Shown here: positions 1-9,227 of the stretch, in pieces
Layout of the letters: each line of letters begins with the position of its first letter
Numbering within the stretch: position 1 is the stretch's first letter
Made by a program: the position numbers and the translations under genes
The notes under the pieces: model-generated
Database searches by the model: none
Told to the model about the DNA's origin: nothing
What the model saw: only the letters and a program-made list of their open reading frames with translations
Origin: Candidatus Saccharimonadota bacterium
Lineage (GTDB): Bacteria > Patescibacteriota > Saccharimonadia > UBA4664
DNA length: 64,000 nucleotides
Assembly (NCBI GenBank): GCA_019352195.1
Contig: JACAFG010000002.1
Span: 167,820-231,819 of the forward strand
Direction of reading: 5' to 3'

Positions 1-417
1 GAAGGAATTCAGACGATTCTAAATAGTTTTATTGAGCGCGGCAGGCGAGAAGATGTGGTTGAGGCGTACGGGATTAGTAATATAGACCGGGTGAATGATT
101 TTTTCCCCGCCATTAAGGCCGCCGGGTCGAATACTAAGCGCCGGGAAGCCGGTATCCATAGTAAGTTTCTGTACACTTCGGCGCGCGGACCCATTTTGCA
201 TGATAGTGATGAGGCCAGTAATCGCGAGTCACGATTTGTGCCTCTGGACAAATTTCCTATGACGAGCGATTTTACGATTGTGGGCGATAATGTCATGCTC
301 CTAACGCTCAATGGCAGGAATCCGCTCGGTATTACCATCACGAGCAGCGAACTGGCAGCAAGCTTTCGCGCTATCTTCGATATTACGTGGGCGGCAGCCG
401 AACCGTTTAATCGGTAA
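1..417 (+). CDS. hypothetical protein, 5'-truncated at window edge
   Basis: Frame 1 is open from base 1 (EGIQTILNSFIERG...) into the listed ORF 55..417. No recognisable catalytic motif; the C-terminal half (TIVGDNVMLLTLNG...) vaguely resembles regulator sensor domains. Confidence 0.45.
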   Translation, partial: EGIQTILNSFIERGRREDVVEAYGISNIDRVNDFFPAIKAAGSNTKRREAGIHSKFLYTSARGPILHDSDEASNRESRFVPLDKFPMTSDFTIVGDNVMLLTLNGRNPLGITITSSELAASFRAIFDITWAAAEPFNR

Positions 418-801
418 TTTCTCCTAAAATTGCAGTGTTTGCTATCGAATGTTATTTATGACATTGCTGGTTGACTCTACGCTCAATCTGAGTTAGTATA
501 GTCGTGCTCGCTTAGCAGATGATGGTTGCGAGCAATTCAACACAGTTAGCAGAGACCACCGGGTCAATGCGGCTGCTTCTCCAGAGAATGGCAGGTGTCT
601 CATGATTTCCTTCACCGGAAATTACGACGGCTCCAAGGCGCACCTCTAGGTTGAGGTGGTACTTGAAGCCCCGGTCGTTTTAAATTTCCGATGTGAGCAC
701 TAAGTCCTGACCGGGGCTGTGCTTATGGCGGAAACGCGAGGAATACGGAATTACCTGGCCGGCCGCCTGGTTCTTCCCGAGAGCCTCGAGTGAAGGTGGC
801 G

Positions 802-854
802 CCGGAGCTGACGGGGGTAGCGTCAGCTCCGGCCCATCCATTCGTCAGCTCCGG
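802..854. repeat. perfect 12-bp-stem hairpin (CCGGAGCTGACG / CGTCAGCTCCGG, 802-832) plus a direct copy of the 3' arm at 843-854, in a 640-bp convergent intergenic region
   Basis: Seen directly in the sequence. A further 9-bp inverted repeat GCCCCGGTC (668-676) / GACCGGGGC (709-717) lies nearby. No ORF of any size overlaps without antisense conflict. Confidence 0.5.
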
Positions 855-1056
855 TTCCATCGATGTCAAATCGAACCCATAGGCTTATGCCTTGCACCTT
901 GCATTCGAACACTGTCCGAGCGACGCAGCCTTATATTTTTTGAGTATGCGCTCATAATCTCTTGGATTTTGACGAGCTTCGCGGCTTGTTGAAATATTTT
1001 TAGCCCTGGCCTCACTGCATCGAGCAGCTGACGGCCGGGGCTTTGTCGTAGTTGCC

Positions 1057-2037
1057 CTAGATGGTTTCGTTATACCAATGGGGCACGGTTTCGGGGGCAA
1101 TGGTGTTGATGATAATGCCTGTTGCCATTTCGCCGCCGCCATAAAACATGGGTACACGAGGCTCTAGCTTGATTATGAGGTGATGATTATCGCCTGGTAA
1201 GGCTTCTTGAACGAAAAAGTTGAAACTAATTAGGTCCCGGTCGAGCCGCTCGGTAACATACTTGAGACTCGTGGCCAAGCGGCGGAGTTCACCGGCAGTT
1301 AAGTCGGCCAGGCGCGTCGTGTGGCGTTTGGTAATAAACCACGCCTCATAGGGATGCGTTGAAGCGTAGGGGGCAATTGTAAGCAGTTCTGAATCAGCCG
1401 TAATCAGTCGCTGATTTTGTTCTACCTCCCAGCAGCCGAGATCACAAACAGCGCAGGTGCCGTGTTTGTCCTGGTAGCTACTAAGAGCCACATGCTCGGC
1501 TTCGATGCGTGGGGGCATAAGAGGGAGTGCCATTATTTGGCTGTGAGTGTGCGTTACGCTGGTGCCTGCCAACGGTCCGTCGTTTTTGAAGGCCAGGACG
1601 TATCTAATACCAGGAAGAATGCTCAGAGAGGCGATCCGCTCGGTATACACGCGCAATATTGTTTCAATATGGCTAACACTGAGGCTTGAAAATTCTTGGG
1701 TGTGGTCCGGCGATTCGATGACTACTTCCATTGCCCCGTAGGCATTAGGATTGGTGAGCGACACAGCGGGGTACGCATTGGCTACGACGCGTACACGCCA
1801 GTGCTCAAGGTTAGGGACCGCCAAAATTGTTGGTTCACCGTCTAGGCAAAATGGGCAGGCAGCGTTGACGACCACGTGCGGTGTGGCCAGATTAGTAAAG
1901 CCGTGGGGACGATTATTGCGCCCAGGCGCAATAATAACGTACTGGTCAAGATAGTAGTGACGGCGGAGCGCCGACAAATTAACGTTGAATTTTGGCTTTG
2001 GATGAGTGCTCACGGTAATGCTTAATTGCCTCTTCAT
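1057..2037 (-). CDS. galT: galactose-1-phosphate uridylyltransferase (GalT, HIT family)
   Basis: Histidine-triad HxHxQ motif (THTHSQIMALP), VIIAPGRNNRPH and a C-x-x-C Zn site near the N-terminus. The listed ORF extends to 2073, but MKRQLSIT at 2037 matches GalT N-termini better. Either start overlaps the downstream GT4 gene end (1979). Confidence 0.8.
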   Translation of the reverse strand: MKRQLSITVSTHPKPKFNVNLSALRRHYYLDQYVIIAPGRNNRPHGFTNLATPHVVVNAACPFCLDGEPTILAVPNLEHWRVRVVANAYPAVSLTNPNAYGAMEVVIESPDHTQEFSSLSVSHIETILRVYTERIASLSILPGIRYVLAFKNDGPLAGTSVTHTHSQIMALPLMPPRIEAEHVALSSYQDKHGTCAVCDLGCWEVEQNQRLITADSELLTIAPYASTHPYEAWFITKRHTTRLADLTAGELRRLATSLKYVTERLDRDLISFNFFVQEALPGDNHHLIIKLEPRVPMFYGGGEMATGIIINTIAPETVPHWYNETI

Positions 2038-3259
2038 ATAACCGTAACAACTTTGTGGCCTGAGCGGAAGCACTATAGCTGAGAGCGAGACGCCTGGCGG
2101 CGGCTCCTAACTTCGAACCGAGGGCAGGGTCGTCTAGTAATTGGACAATTTTTGCGGCTAAATCCTTGGCATTGGGACGCGCGTAGAGCCCGGTCACACC
2201 GTCGCGCATGATTTCAGAGATATGGGGATCAATCATGACAATGGGAAGTCCAGCCAGCGCCGCCTCGTTTACCACGAGGCCTTGCGTATCTGCTAGCGAG
2301 GGGAAGGCGAAAACTCGCGCTAGTGCGTAAATAGCGCCTAATTTAGTTCGCAAAACTTGGCCGGGGAAGGAGATACGCTCACTTAGGCCTTCAGATTCGG
2401 CCAGTTTTATCATGTCTTCTCGAACCGGTCCTTCACCAATCACTAAGAGTTTAGCGGTCGGTTTATGTTTGCTAATGAGTGCGAAGGCCCGAACGAGTAA
2501 TTCGATATTCTTTTCTCCACCGACACGACCGACAAACAGGATGACCTCATCGGTCTCGGTGATGCCGTAGTGTTTGCGAGCGGCATTTATTTCGGCTTTT
2601 GTTGTCATAATTTCATCAATACCGGTCGGTAAAATGGCCATCGGCGCACTAGTTTGCCAACCTTTGAGCTGCATCATCATTTTTTCCGATGGCGCAATTA
2701 CCATATCGCAATGGTTATGAACCATGGTGACGCCGCGCTCAACGATTTTTTGATTCCATTTATCAATGCTGCGTTCAGGCTTAATCGCCGATAGGCCCGT
2801 ACGGTATTCGTCCATACCGCCACCCGTGACAATGGGACCCAGCATCGAAAGGGCAATAATGCCGGGCAGTACAGCCGGGTAATGGGTGACGTATTCAAAG
2901 AGGTCCGTGTGGTATGTAGTAACTAGCGGGATTTTTTTGTGGATGGCAAAGTAAGCGCCCAGCATCCCGACCTGACCAGGCGTTTGATAATGCACAATAT
3001 CGAGGCCAAGTTTATCGATTTTGCGCACGATTTGCGGTGGAAAGAATAAACTGGTTGAGTAATCGTCAAAAAATAGTCCTTTAACCGCGGGAAACCGAAT
3101 AACTTTGGGGTTCGTTTCTTTATGTCTTAGGCTATCGGCCGGCGCAATAATAAATACTTCGTGCCCCATGAGCTCAAGTTGGATACGAAAGCTTTCGATC
3201 GAGTACGTAACACCATCGGTGTTGGGGAGATAGCGGTCGGAAAAGAGGCCGATTTTCAT
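1979..3259 (-). CDS. GT4-family (GT-B fold) glycosyltransferase
   Basis: C-terminal GT1/GT4 signature (GGEKNIELLVRAF ... FAFPSLADTQGLVVNEAALAGLPIV). 426 aa. Confidence 0.8.
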   Translation of the reverse strand: MKIGLFSDRYLPNTDGVTYSIESFRIQLELMGHEVFIIAPADSLRHKETNPKVIRFPAVKGLFFDDYSTSLFFPPQIVRKIDKLGLDIVHYQTPGQVGMLGAYFAIHKKIPLVTTYHTDLFEYVTHYPAVLPGIIALSMLGPIVTGGGMDEYRTGLSAIKPERSIDKWNQKIVERGVTMVHNHCDMVIAPSEKMMMQLKGWQTSAPMAILPTGIDEIMTTKAEINAARKHYGITETDEVILFVGRVGGEKNIELLVRAFALISKHKPTAKLLVIGEGPVREDMIKLAESEGLSERISFPGQVLRTKLGAIYALARVFAFPSLADTQGLVVNEAALAGLPIVMIDPHISEIMRDGVTGLYARPNAKDLAAKIVQLLDDPALGSKLGAAARRLALSYSASAQATKLLRLYEEAIKHYREHSSKAKIQR

Positions 3260-3377
3260 TTTATGCCTTCGCTCACGGGTTATATCTGCGGGACGTTATT
3301 CTCTAGTATAATACAGCAAGTATAGTGGTGAGTGCGTAGTTAGCGCAGCGCCTCAACAGCAAAATGAGAGGAAACCC

Positions 3378-4106
3378 ATGAAGATTTCGGTTGTGATTCC
3401 AACGCTCACTGAGGCGACTACCATTAGCGGCATGCTGGATCAGTTTGGTGATAGCGCGAGGCGCCGTGAGCTGGACCTCGAAGTTATTGTATCCGACGGT
3501 GGTAGCAAGGACGATACAGCGGCGGTGGCACAGCGTCTGGCCGACAAAGTGGTGGTGTGGGACACGGCCAAAGGGCGTCAGACAATTGGTTTGGGGCGTA
3601 ATATGGGCGCGGCTGAGGCGATCGGTGACATTATTGTGTTTTTGGATTCAGATGTGCGTATTGGCGACGCGGCGACCTTTTTTGGAATTGTGCGCCAAAC
3701 CTTTGCTGATCCGAAAATTGTAGCCTCTAACTGTAGTGTGCTCATCTACCCTCAGGACCAAACCTTATTTGACGCCATATTCCACCGCAGCTTCTCGTTT
3801 ATTTTGTGGGCCCTCAATAGTGTTGGCTATGGTACGTCACGTGGCGAGTGTCAGATGGTGCGGCGGGTAAACTTTGAACAGTTGGGTGGCTATAACGGTA
3901 AAATGCCCACCTCTGAGGACTTTGATTTGTTTCATCGATTATCCAAAATCGGCAAAATTAAGTATTTATTGGGCACCAAAGTCTATGAATCACCGCGCCG
4001 TTACCGCAAATACGGATACCCCAAGCTTCTCCTGCTCTGGGTGAGCAATTGGCTGGGCGCAATTTTTCACCGTTCTAACACCGCCGAATGGGAAGAGGTT
4101 CGTTAA
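3378..4106 (+). CDS. GT2-family glycosyltransferase
   Basis: N-terminal GT-A fold (ISVVIPTLTEATTISGML ... VSDGGSKDDT ... FLDSDV as DxD). An RBS-like GAGAGGAAAC lies upstream. Confidence 0.75.
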   Translation: MKISVVIPTLTEATTISGMLDQFGDSARRRELDLEVIVSDGGSKDDTAAVAQRLADKVVVWDTAKGRQTIGLGRNMGAAEAIGDIIVFLDSDVRIGDAATFFGIVRQTFADPKIVASNCSVLIYPQDQTLFDAIFHRSFSFILWALNSVGYGTSRGECQMVRRVNFEQLGGYNGKMPTSEDFDLFHRLSKIGKIKYLLGTKVYESPRRYRKYGYPKLLLLWVSNWLGAIFHRSNTAEWEEVR

Positions 4107-4109
4107 CCC

Positions 4110-5402
4110 TTGAGTTACTTAGCTACCATTCGTGAGGGGCGGTTCAACTGTCTTTGGACCTCCCAGATTTTGTCCCAAGTGGCCATTAATCTCCTTAACT
4201 TTGCCCTTATCATTAATGTTTACAACACGACCGGCGGTAAGCATTACGCCAATATTGTCATTAGCTTACTCGTACTAAGTTACGGGCTGCCGTCAATTTT
4301 TTTCTCAGCCATAGCAGGCGCGTTGGTCGATCGTTGGAATACGCGCTACGCCCTGCTTGGTAGTAACCTGTTGCGTGCCGGGCTGGTGTTGTTATATTTG
4401 CCTTTTCACCACAATTTATGGCTGATTTTGGCCCTGACCTTTGTGATCTCGAGTGTTGGCCAGGTGTTTGTGCCTGCAGAAAGCTCGATGATTCCTAGCC
4501 TGGTATCGAAAGAGAATTTGTTATCAGCCAACTCACTATTTGTATTTAGCTTGTACGCCTCCTTTATTGTTGGTTACGCGGTGGCTGCCCCAGTAATTGC
4601 AGTCTTTGGTGAGTTAGGCCCATACCTTATAACGGCGGCCATGTTTACCCTGGCGACGCTGGCGCTTCTAGGGCTGCCGCGTAGCATCACACCGGCCAGG
4701 ATGCCCAAAAAAGACCCTGGTGTCGTAGGTCGACAAAGTTTTTCGAGCGAGCTGAGTCTGGGTATGCGAGTTATACGATCGGATAAATGGCTGGGCTTTG
4801 CGATTCGTCAGCTCACCATCACGCAGGGGATAGTATCAATTATCCTTACTTTGGCACCGGCGCTATCCTTGGGGCTGTTGCATCTACCGCTGCAGCATTC
4901 CAGCCAGTACCTGATCATTCCGGCCGGCCTTGGCATGGTAGCGGGTGTGGCTGGCGTATCTCACTTAGCTAAGCGTTGGAGTAAAATCCGCGTACTGGAG
5001 GTTGGTCTGGTGCTCGCCGGTGCCGCTCTCATGCTCCTCGGACTTACTGGGTTGTTGTATCAACCGCATCATGGACACTTCATAGTACCGGCTTCACGCA
5101 TAGGGCCGATTGTGGCCGTAATGGTGTTTGTATTGGGTATGCTTAACGCCATCATTTCATCGACTGCCCAGACCTTGCTGCAGGAGAAAGCGACCGAAGA
5201 AACGCGCGGCAAGGTGTTTGGGACCATGAATATGTTTATTAACCTCGCGGCGACGGTGCCAATTTTGGTGACCGGCATTTTGGCTGACCTAATAAAGGTA
5301 ACCACGGTAGTGACTATTTTGGGCGGCCTAGTCGTAGCCTACGGTTTGGTTCAGCTGGCACAGCTAAAACGCTATCGCCGAACGGGTTTGCTCACTGAAT
5401 AG
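4110..5402 (+). CDS. MFS transporter
   Basis: About 12 predicted TM helices and an MFS-like loop (GALVDRWNTR). TTG start 4 nt after the GT2 stop, so translationally coupled. Confidence 0.7.
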   Translation: MSYLATIREGRFNCLWTSQILSQVAINLLNFALIINVYNTTGGKHYANIVISLLVLSYGLPSIFFSAIAGALVDRWNTRYALLGSNLLRAGLVLLYLPFHHNLWLILALTFVISSVGQVFVPAESSMIPSLVSKENLLSANSLFVFSLYASFIVGYAVAAPVIAVFGELGPYLITAAMFTLATLALLGLPRSITPARMPKKDPGVVGRQSFSSELSLGMRVIRSDKWLGFAIRQLTITQGIVSIILTLAPALSLGLLHLPLQHSSQYLIIPAGLGMVAGVAGVSHLAKRWSKIRVLEVGLVLAGAALMLLGLTGLLYQPHHGHFIVPASRIGPIVAVMVFVLGMLNAIISSTAQTLLQEKATEETRGKVFGTMNMFINLAATVPILVTGILADLIKVTTVVTILGGLVVAYGLVQLAQLKRYRRTGLLTE

Positions 5403-5407
5403 CACAA

Positions 5408-5437
5408 CAAAAATGGAGGCCAAGGCCTCCATTTTTG
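5408..5437. terminator. bidirectional intrinsic terminator
   Basis: AAAAA-ATGGAGGCC-aa-GGCCTCCAT-TTTTT, a perfect 9-bp stem between the convergent genes ending at 5402 and 5457. Confidence 0.8.
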
Positions 5438-5456
5438 TACCAGCTCGCTACCGACT

Positions 5457-5699
5457 TTAGCGGTAGTCGGCTTCAGCCTCGCGCTGAAGGTTTTCGTCAT
5501 CCAGCTGGTCGACCAAATGGGGATTAGCCGCGCTGTCGATAGTTGCGGCAAAGTCCTCTTCGTACAAATCGGCTTCGGGCTCGTCAAGTCGTTCGCGGAA
5601 AGCGTTCTTAGGGGCCTCGGTGGGCGTTGCTTCGTCGGCGGCGTCTGGAATTAACTGTTCATCATCTAAATCGGTGTGCAACATGTCGTCTTGTTCCAT
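5457..5699 (-). CDS. small highly acidic protein (paralog of 15102..15353)
   Basis: 80 aa, about 35% D/E. Strong RBS (GAGGAG 7 nt upstream). It shares DML-x-DDE, PDAAD and PK-x-F-x-ER blocks and the C-terminal DYR/DYER with the ORF at 15102..15353. Confidence 0.7.
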   Translation of the reverse strand: MEQDDMLHTDLDDEQLIPDAADEATPTEAPKNAFRERLDEPEADLYEEDFAATIDSAANPHLVDQLDDENLQREAEADYR

Positions 5700-5842
5700 T
5701 GTTATCTCCTCTTGTTACCGTAGCATCGTAACGCGTTTCGGGAAGATGCAATAGGGCAGCCTCACCAAAAGAAGTTCGTTCAAAATGCTTATAAATTGGT
5801 AAAAAGTGTTGCAACAGATACAACAATTCTTATGCTTAATTA

Positions 5843-5871
5843 TTGAAAATGAGGCTATTTTTTGTTAAACT
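5843..5871 (+). promoter_or_regulatory. sigma70-like promoter of ssrA (TTGAAA-N17-TAAACT)
   Basis: -35 at 5843-5848, -10 at 5866-5871. The mature tmRNA 5' end (GGGG at 5890) lies about 19 nt downstream, consistent with RNase P processing of a precursor. Confidence 0.5.
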
Positions 5872-5889
5872 AAGCTAGTTCAACAGTTT

Positions 5890-6266
5890 GGGGCTGATCA
5901 GCTTCGACGTTGGGATCTTTACCAGGTTAAAGCGCAGGTCGACTGGCCGCCGTAAGCGGGCAACAAGTTGTTAAATGACAACTTAATTTCGCGGGTCAAG
6001 GCTGCCTTCACGGCTCCTTCATTCGCTCCTGTTTACGCCTAATAACGTAGACTATCGGCACCTGACTCCTGATGGGGATCCGCCGGTATCAAATCATCAG
6101 GACGCTCTAGACGGCTTGTCTCAGCCGACTAGCTAAGATTTGAGACTGCTTCACTCGTCAGTTTGTCTGGCATGATGATGGGTGACTAAGATCAAAACCA
6201 GACTATATCTGTAGTGCTTGACCAGTAACCTAACGGACCCGAGTGCAATTCTCGGCAGCTCCACCA
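5890..6266 (+). ncRNA. ssrA: tmRNA (SsrA), 377 nt
   Basis: 5' GGGGCUGAUCAGCUUCGACGUUGGG matches the tmRNA 5' consensus (E. coli GGGGCUGAUUCUGGAUUCGACGGG). 3' end GGACCCGAGUGCAAUUCUCGGCAGCUCCACCA is a tRNA-like T-arm plus a 7-bp acceptor stem with G3-U70 (alanine identity) and encoded CCA. An internal open frame ends in tandem UAA-UAA (6040-6045); the tag-like frame reads ...AAFTAPSFAPVYA**. smpB is present at 28.5 kb. Confidence 0.9.
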
Positions 6267-6267
6267 T

Positions 6268-6300
6268 AAATGCCCCAGCGAAAGCTGGGGCATTTATGAT
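6268..6300 (+). terminator. intrinsic terminator of ssrA
   Basis: AAATGCCCCAGC-gaaa-GCTGGGGCATTT, a perfect 12-bp stem with GAAA tetraloop, followed by a T-rich tract. Confidence 0.8.
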
Positions 6301-6316
6301 TTGCTATCATTCGATT

Positions 6317-6871
6317 ATGACAAGCCAAGAGTTTAATACTATCTATAGTTATCATCGTCCGATGCTGCAATTTGATGGGGCACGGCAGCGCCCGGTTTTG
6401 GTGGCGTTTTCAGCGGTGCCGGGAAGCGGCAAGTCGACTTTGACCAGTCATCTCGTTAATGATTTCGGATTTATATTAGTGGCTAACAAACATGTGCGGG
6501 AGGCGATTGATCAAGCCGGGTTTGATCCTTCGGTGGGCAGTGATTATACTCTGACATTGCTTAATATTCTGACAGACGATACTCAACCAAGTATTGTGCT
6601 CGATCGTAATATCGATCAATGGTACGAACAAATCGTATTATGGTGTCGACAACGTAAATATGAGCTGGTTGTGGTCCGGATTAATGTTACGTATGAAATT
6701 TTGAAGCGGCGGATACAGGCTCGCCGGCCAGATGATCGTGATCATACGTTTGAGGTTTTGGATTTCTATCTCGAACAGCATGCCTTGCTTGGTAATAGTG
6801 TTGCGGTTAGCCTTGAGCTGGTTGATGATTTTGATCTGAATGAAAGTGCGCAACACATTGCCGATTTCTAA
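6317..6871 (+). CDS. P-loop kinase (AAA_33 / nucleotide-kinase-like)
   Basis: Walker A (AVPGSGKSTLTSHL). The listed ORF (6218) starts inside tmRNA, so the start was moved to MTSQEF (6317) after the ssrA terminator. Confidence 0.6.
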   Translation: MTSQEFNTIYSYHRPMLQFDGARQRPVLVAFSAVPGSGKSTLTSHLVNDFGFILVANKHVREAIDQAGFDPSVGSDYTLTLLNILTDDTQPSIVLDRNIDQWYEQIVLWCRQRKYELVVVRINVTYEILKRRIQARRPDDRDHTFEVLDFYLEQHALLGNSVAVSLELVDDFDLNESAQHIADF

Positions 6872-6884
6872 AATGTTGGGTGGC

Positions 6885-6893
6885 TTGCTATAA
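6885..6893 (+). promoter_or_regulatory. extended -10 (TGcTATAAT) immediately upstream of the NUDIX ATG, suggesting a leaderless mRNA
   Basis: TATAAT at 6888-6893 and ATG at 6901. There is no room for an RBS. Confidence 0.4.
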
Positions 6894-6900
6894 TCCGGCT

Positions 6901-7311
6901 ATGAAAACCAAGGTACTCGTAATTGCCGTCATCAAAAAAGACAGCACCGTGCTCATGCGCAAGAAGCCAGCCGGGTCGCCGCCATACACGGAGACGTGGT
7001 ATTTGTTTGGCGGGGAATTAACACCCGGGATAGCCCCTGAAAAGGCGGCACAGGACATTGTGCGGCAGCAGGCGGGGATTGAGATCCGTATGACCGAGCA
7101 ATCGTCCTGGGATACTGAGGTGAAGGCCGATTTGGATGGTGAAACCAAACAATTTGTGTATTTGGATGCGATTTTCGAGTATGTCAGTGGTGATCTTGTT
7201 ATTGCGCCGGGGATTGAGAAGCTCGAATGGGCTCCCATTGATAACTTGAGCGAGTATGATCTGGTGCCGCCAAGCGTAGAGCTGTTTAAGAAGCTCGGTT
7301 ATCTTTTGTAA
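6901..7311 (+). CDS. NUDIX hydrolase
   Basis: Nudix-box-like GGELTPGIAPEKAAQDIVRQQAGIEI. 136 aa. Confidence 0.6.
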   Translation: MKTKVLVIAVIKKDSTVLMRKKPAGSPPYTETWYLFGGELTPGIAPEKAAQDIVRQQAGIEIRMTEQSSWDTEVKADLDGETKQFVYLDAIFEYVSGDLVIAPGIEKLEWAPIDNLSEYDLVPPSVELFKKLGYLL

Positions 7312-7428
7312 CCAGTCTATTTTTGCCTCTCGGCGGTGACGCGGCTGACCGAGTTCGTTCGTAGTGCAAACGTTGTTCTGCATCTGCGAGGGCACTTTCG
7401 CTTGGCAGCAGCGGAATGGGGTTAGGGG

Positions 7429-7995
7429 TTGCGGCTGATCTATAATTGCTTCATGAGAACTTACGAAGAGATCAGGGCGACATATAGGCCTGAGACAATA
7501 GAATATTTGTTGATTGCAGAGTCGCCTCCGCCAGAAGGTCGAGAGACTAGTAGTAGGCAGTTTTATCGCGCCGATTATGCTAGGCCAGACGATCGGTTAT
7601 ATGCCTACACTATGCGCGCAGTGTTTGACGAAGCTAATGCACTTGATAGCAAAGCTCTTGAGGCTAGCAAAGAGCAGTGGTTACAACGATTTAAGGCTGG
7701 CGAATTCTATATGATTGAGGCCTTGGAGACTTCGTTACAACATAAAGTGACGAAAAATGAGCGTCAGGCGTTGTTAGTAGAACATCAGAATGAATTCATT
7801 GAGCGTGTTCGAGCGCTTGCTACGCCGTCAACGAAGCTGATTTTAATAAAGTCGAATGTGTTTGTGGTACTGGCCGAGCCGCTACGGGCGGCCGGTTTTA
7901 GCGTTCTGAATAAGGAATTATTAGATTATCCGGGGCGTTTCAACACGCGCGATTACCGAGAAAAGTTAGGCGCGATGCTTAGGAACTCAGCGTAA
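7429..7995 (+). CDS. hypothetical protein
   Basis: 188-aa ORF with non-repetitive composition and no recognisable motif. Start uncertain (alternative MRTYEEI at 7453). Confidence 0.45.
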   Translation: MRLIYNCFMRTYEEIRATYRPETIEYLLIAESPPPEGRETSSRQFYRADYARPDDRLYAYTMRAVFDEANALDSKALEASKEQWLQRFKAGEFYMIEALETSLQHKVTKNERQALLVEHQNEFIERVRALATPSTKLILIKSNVFVVLAEPLRAAGFSVLNKELLDYPGRFNTRDYREKLGAMLRNSA

Positions 7996-8050
7996 ACGTT
8001 TGATTTTCGACCGTTTGGGCGGCGCTCGTGATAAGATTTGAGCTAAATTC

Positions 8051-8656
8051 ATGGCTACAACAGTAAAAATTTGTTCGAATTGTGGTGGCGACGTAAAGCC
8101 TAAGGCTAAGTTTTGTTCGAATTGCGGCCATGATCTCCTCGTTGCGTCGCATCATATGCTTGTCACGGACCCGAGCGATGCGCGGCCAGTCGATAAGTCG
8201 GTTGAAATTTCCGAGCACGAGGCTTATTTCATTGTTGCGCCTTATAAGTTGGCGATATTGTTTGTCACAACGCTCGGGCTATACAACATCTATTGGATGT
8301 ATAAGCAGTGGCAGATGGTTATGCGGCGCGAAAATCGGCCCTTGCGGCCGTTTTGGCGGGCGCTGTTTTCGGTTATTTATGTCTACCCATTATTTAAAGC
8401 TCTCAAAATTAAAGGTGACGTCTGGCTCGCTGTTGTGTTTATTGTGCCAGGGCTCACCTATAAGTTGCCTGGTGGATGGTGGCTGCTGGGCTACCTGAAT
8501 TTGATTCCATTGCTGGTGGTTCAGAGCCGGCTCAATGAGCGAAGTGACAACGTTGGTGCAGGCGGCCATTTTAGTCCGCAGGCGGTCGTTGTGGCTGTTT
8601 TGGGGTCCCTCATACTCCTACTCGCGCTGGTTGGCACGTTCATACCAGGTAACTAA
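8051..8656 (+). CDS. zinc-ribbon domain membrane protein (DUF4234-like)
   Basis: N-terminal CxxC-x10-CxxC zinc ribbon (CSNCGGDVKPKAKFCSNCGHD), then 3-4 TM helices with YNIYWMYKQW. Confidence 0.55.
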   Translation: MATTVKICSNCGGDVKPKAKFCSNCGHDLLVASHHMLVTDPSDARPVDKSVEISEHEAYFIVAPYKLAILFVTTLGLYNIYWMYKQWQMVMRRENRPLRPFWRALFSVIYVYPLFKALKIKGDVWLAVVFIVPGLTYKLPGGWWLLGYLNLIPLLVVQSRLNERSDNVGAGGHFSPQAVVVAVLGSLILLLALVGTFIPGN

Positions 8657-8726
8657 ACCGCGAATTAGTAATTGTAATATTTGTGTTTTTGTGCTATCAT
8701 ATTAGTGTGCGTGATAGCGTTTTCGT

Positions 8727-9092
8727 TTGATTTTTCACTTGCTCGGTTTGTTTGTACCTTCAATCGCCCTTTGGGCAGACAGGCGCGTTGCCATGACAGC
8801 AGCAATTGCAGCAGTGGCATTCAAAGTACCGCCATTCGAAATCACCCCGCGCAATTGGGGCGCAAAGCAGGCCGCAGGCTACCGGTGGGTCCGCAACATC
8901 GAGTGGCCCCACAATGGGGACGGGGAGCCTACGGCGGCAGAGCGGTCGCGGCTCGAATGGGTCGTGAACGACACAATCGCTGCGGGCAAAGTGGACATCG
9001 TTCTGGGGTCCGCGATCCACCCCGACGACATGAAACCGTCCGACAGCACCACGCCCCATCCACGCCTCCGCGGCGTCTACGCACGCGGCTGA
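8727..9092 (+). CDS. hypothetical protein in GC-rich island
   Basis: This frame has the only protein-like composition of three overlapping ORFs in a ~62% GC segment. TTG start with signal-like N-terminus (alternative ATG at 8792). Confidence 0.3.
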   Translation: MIFHLLGLFVPSIALWADRRVAMTAAIAAVAFKVPPFEITPRNWGAKQAAGYRWVRNIEWPHNGDGEPTAAERSRLEWVVNDTIAAGKVDIVLGSAIHPDDMKPSDSTTPHPRLRGVYARG

Positions 9093-9227
9093 CGCGCATC
9101 CACACCACGCGGGTGGATAGTTCTATTATCAGAGCTGTCCACCCGCGTTTCGCATTTTTTGATGTCATTATTACAATAATTCCAGTACTCTCCTGGCCAG
9201 GTGAGTAGTTTTTGGTGAAGAAATGGA

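Noticed and set aside
9-341. 110-aa ORF antisense to the 5'-truncated gene at 1..417; also 19..201
   Set aside because: Fully embedded antisense to a longer ORF that continues off the window edge. No RBS.
8681-9208. 175-aa Arg-rich ORF and the antisense 8760..9059 ORF in the GC-rich island
   Set aside because: Arg/Pro/Gly-dominated, low-complexity translation typical of spurious frames in GC-rich DNA. The 8727..9092 frame has more protein-like composition.
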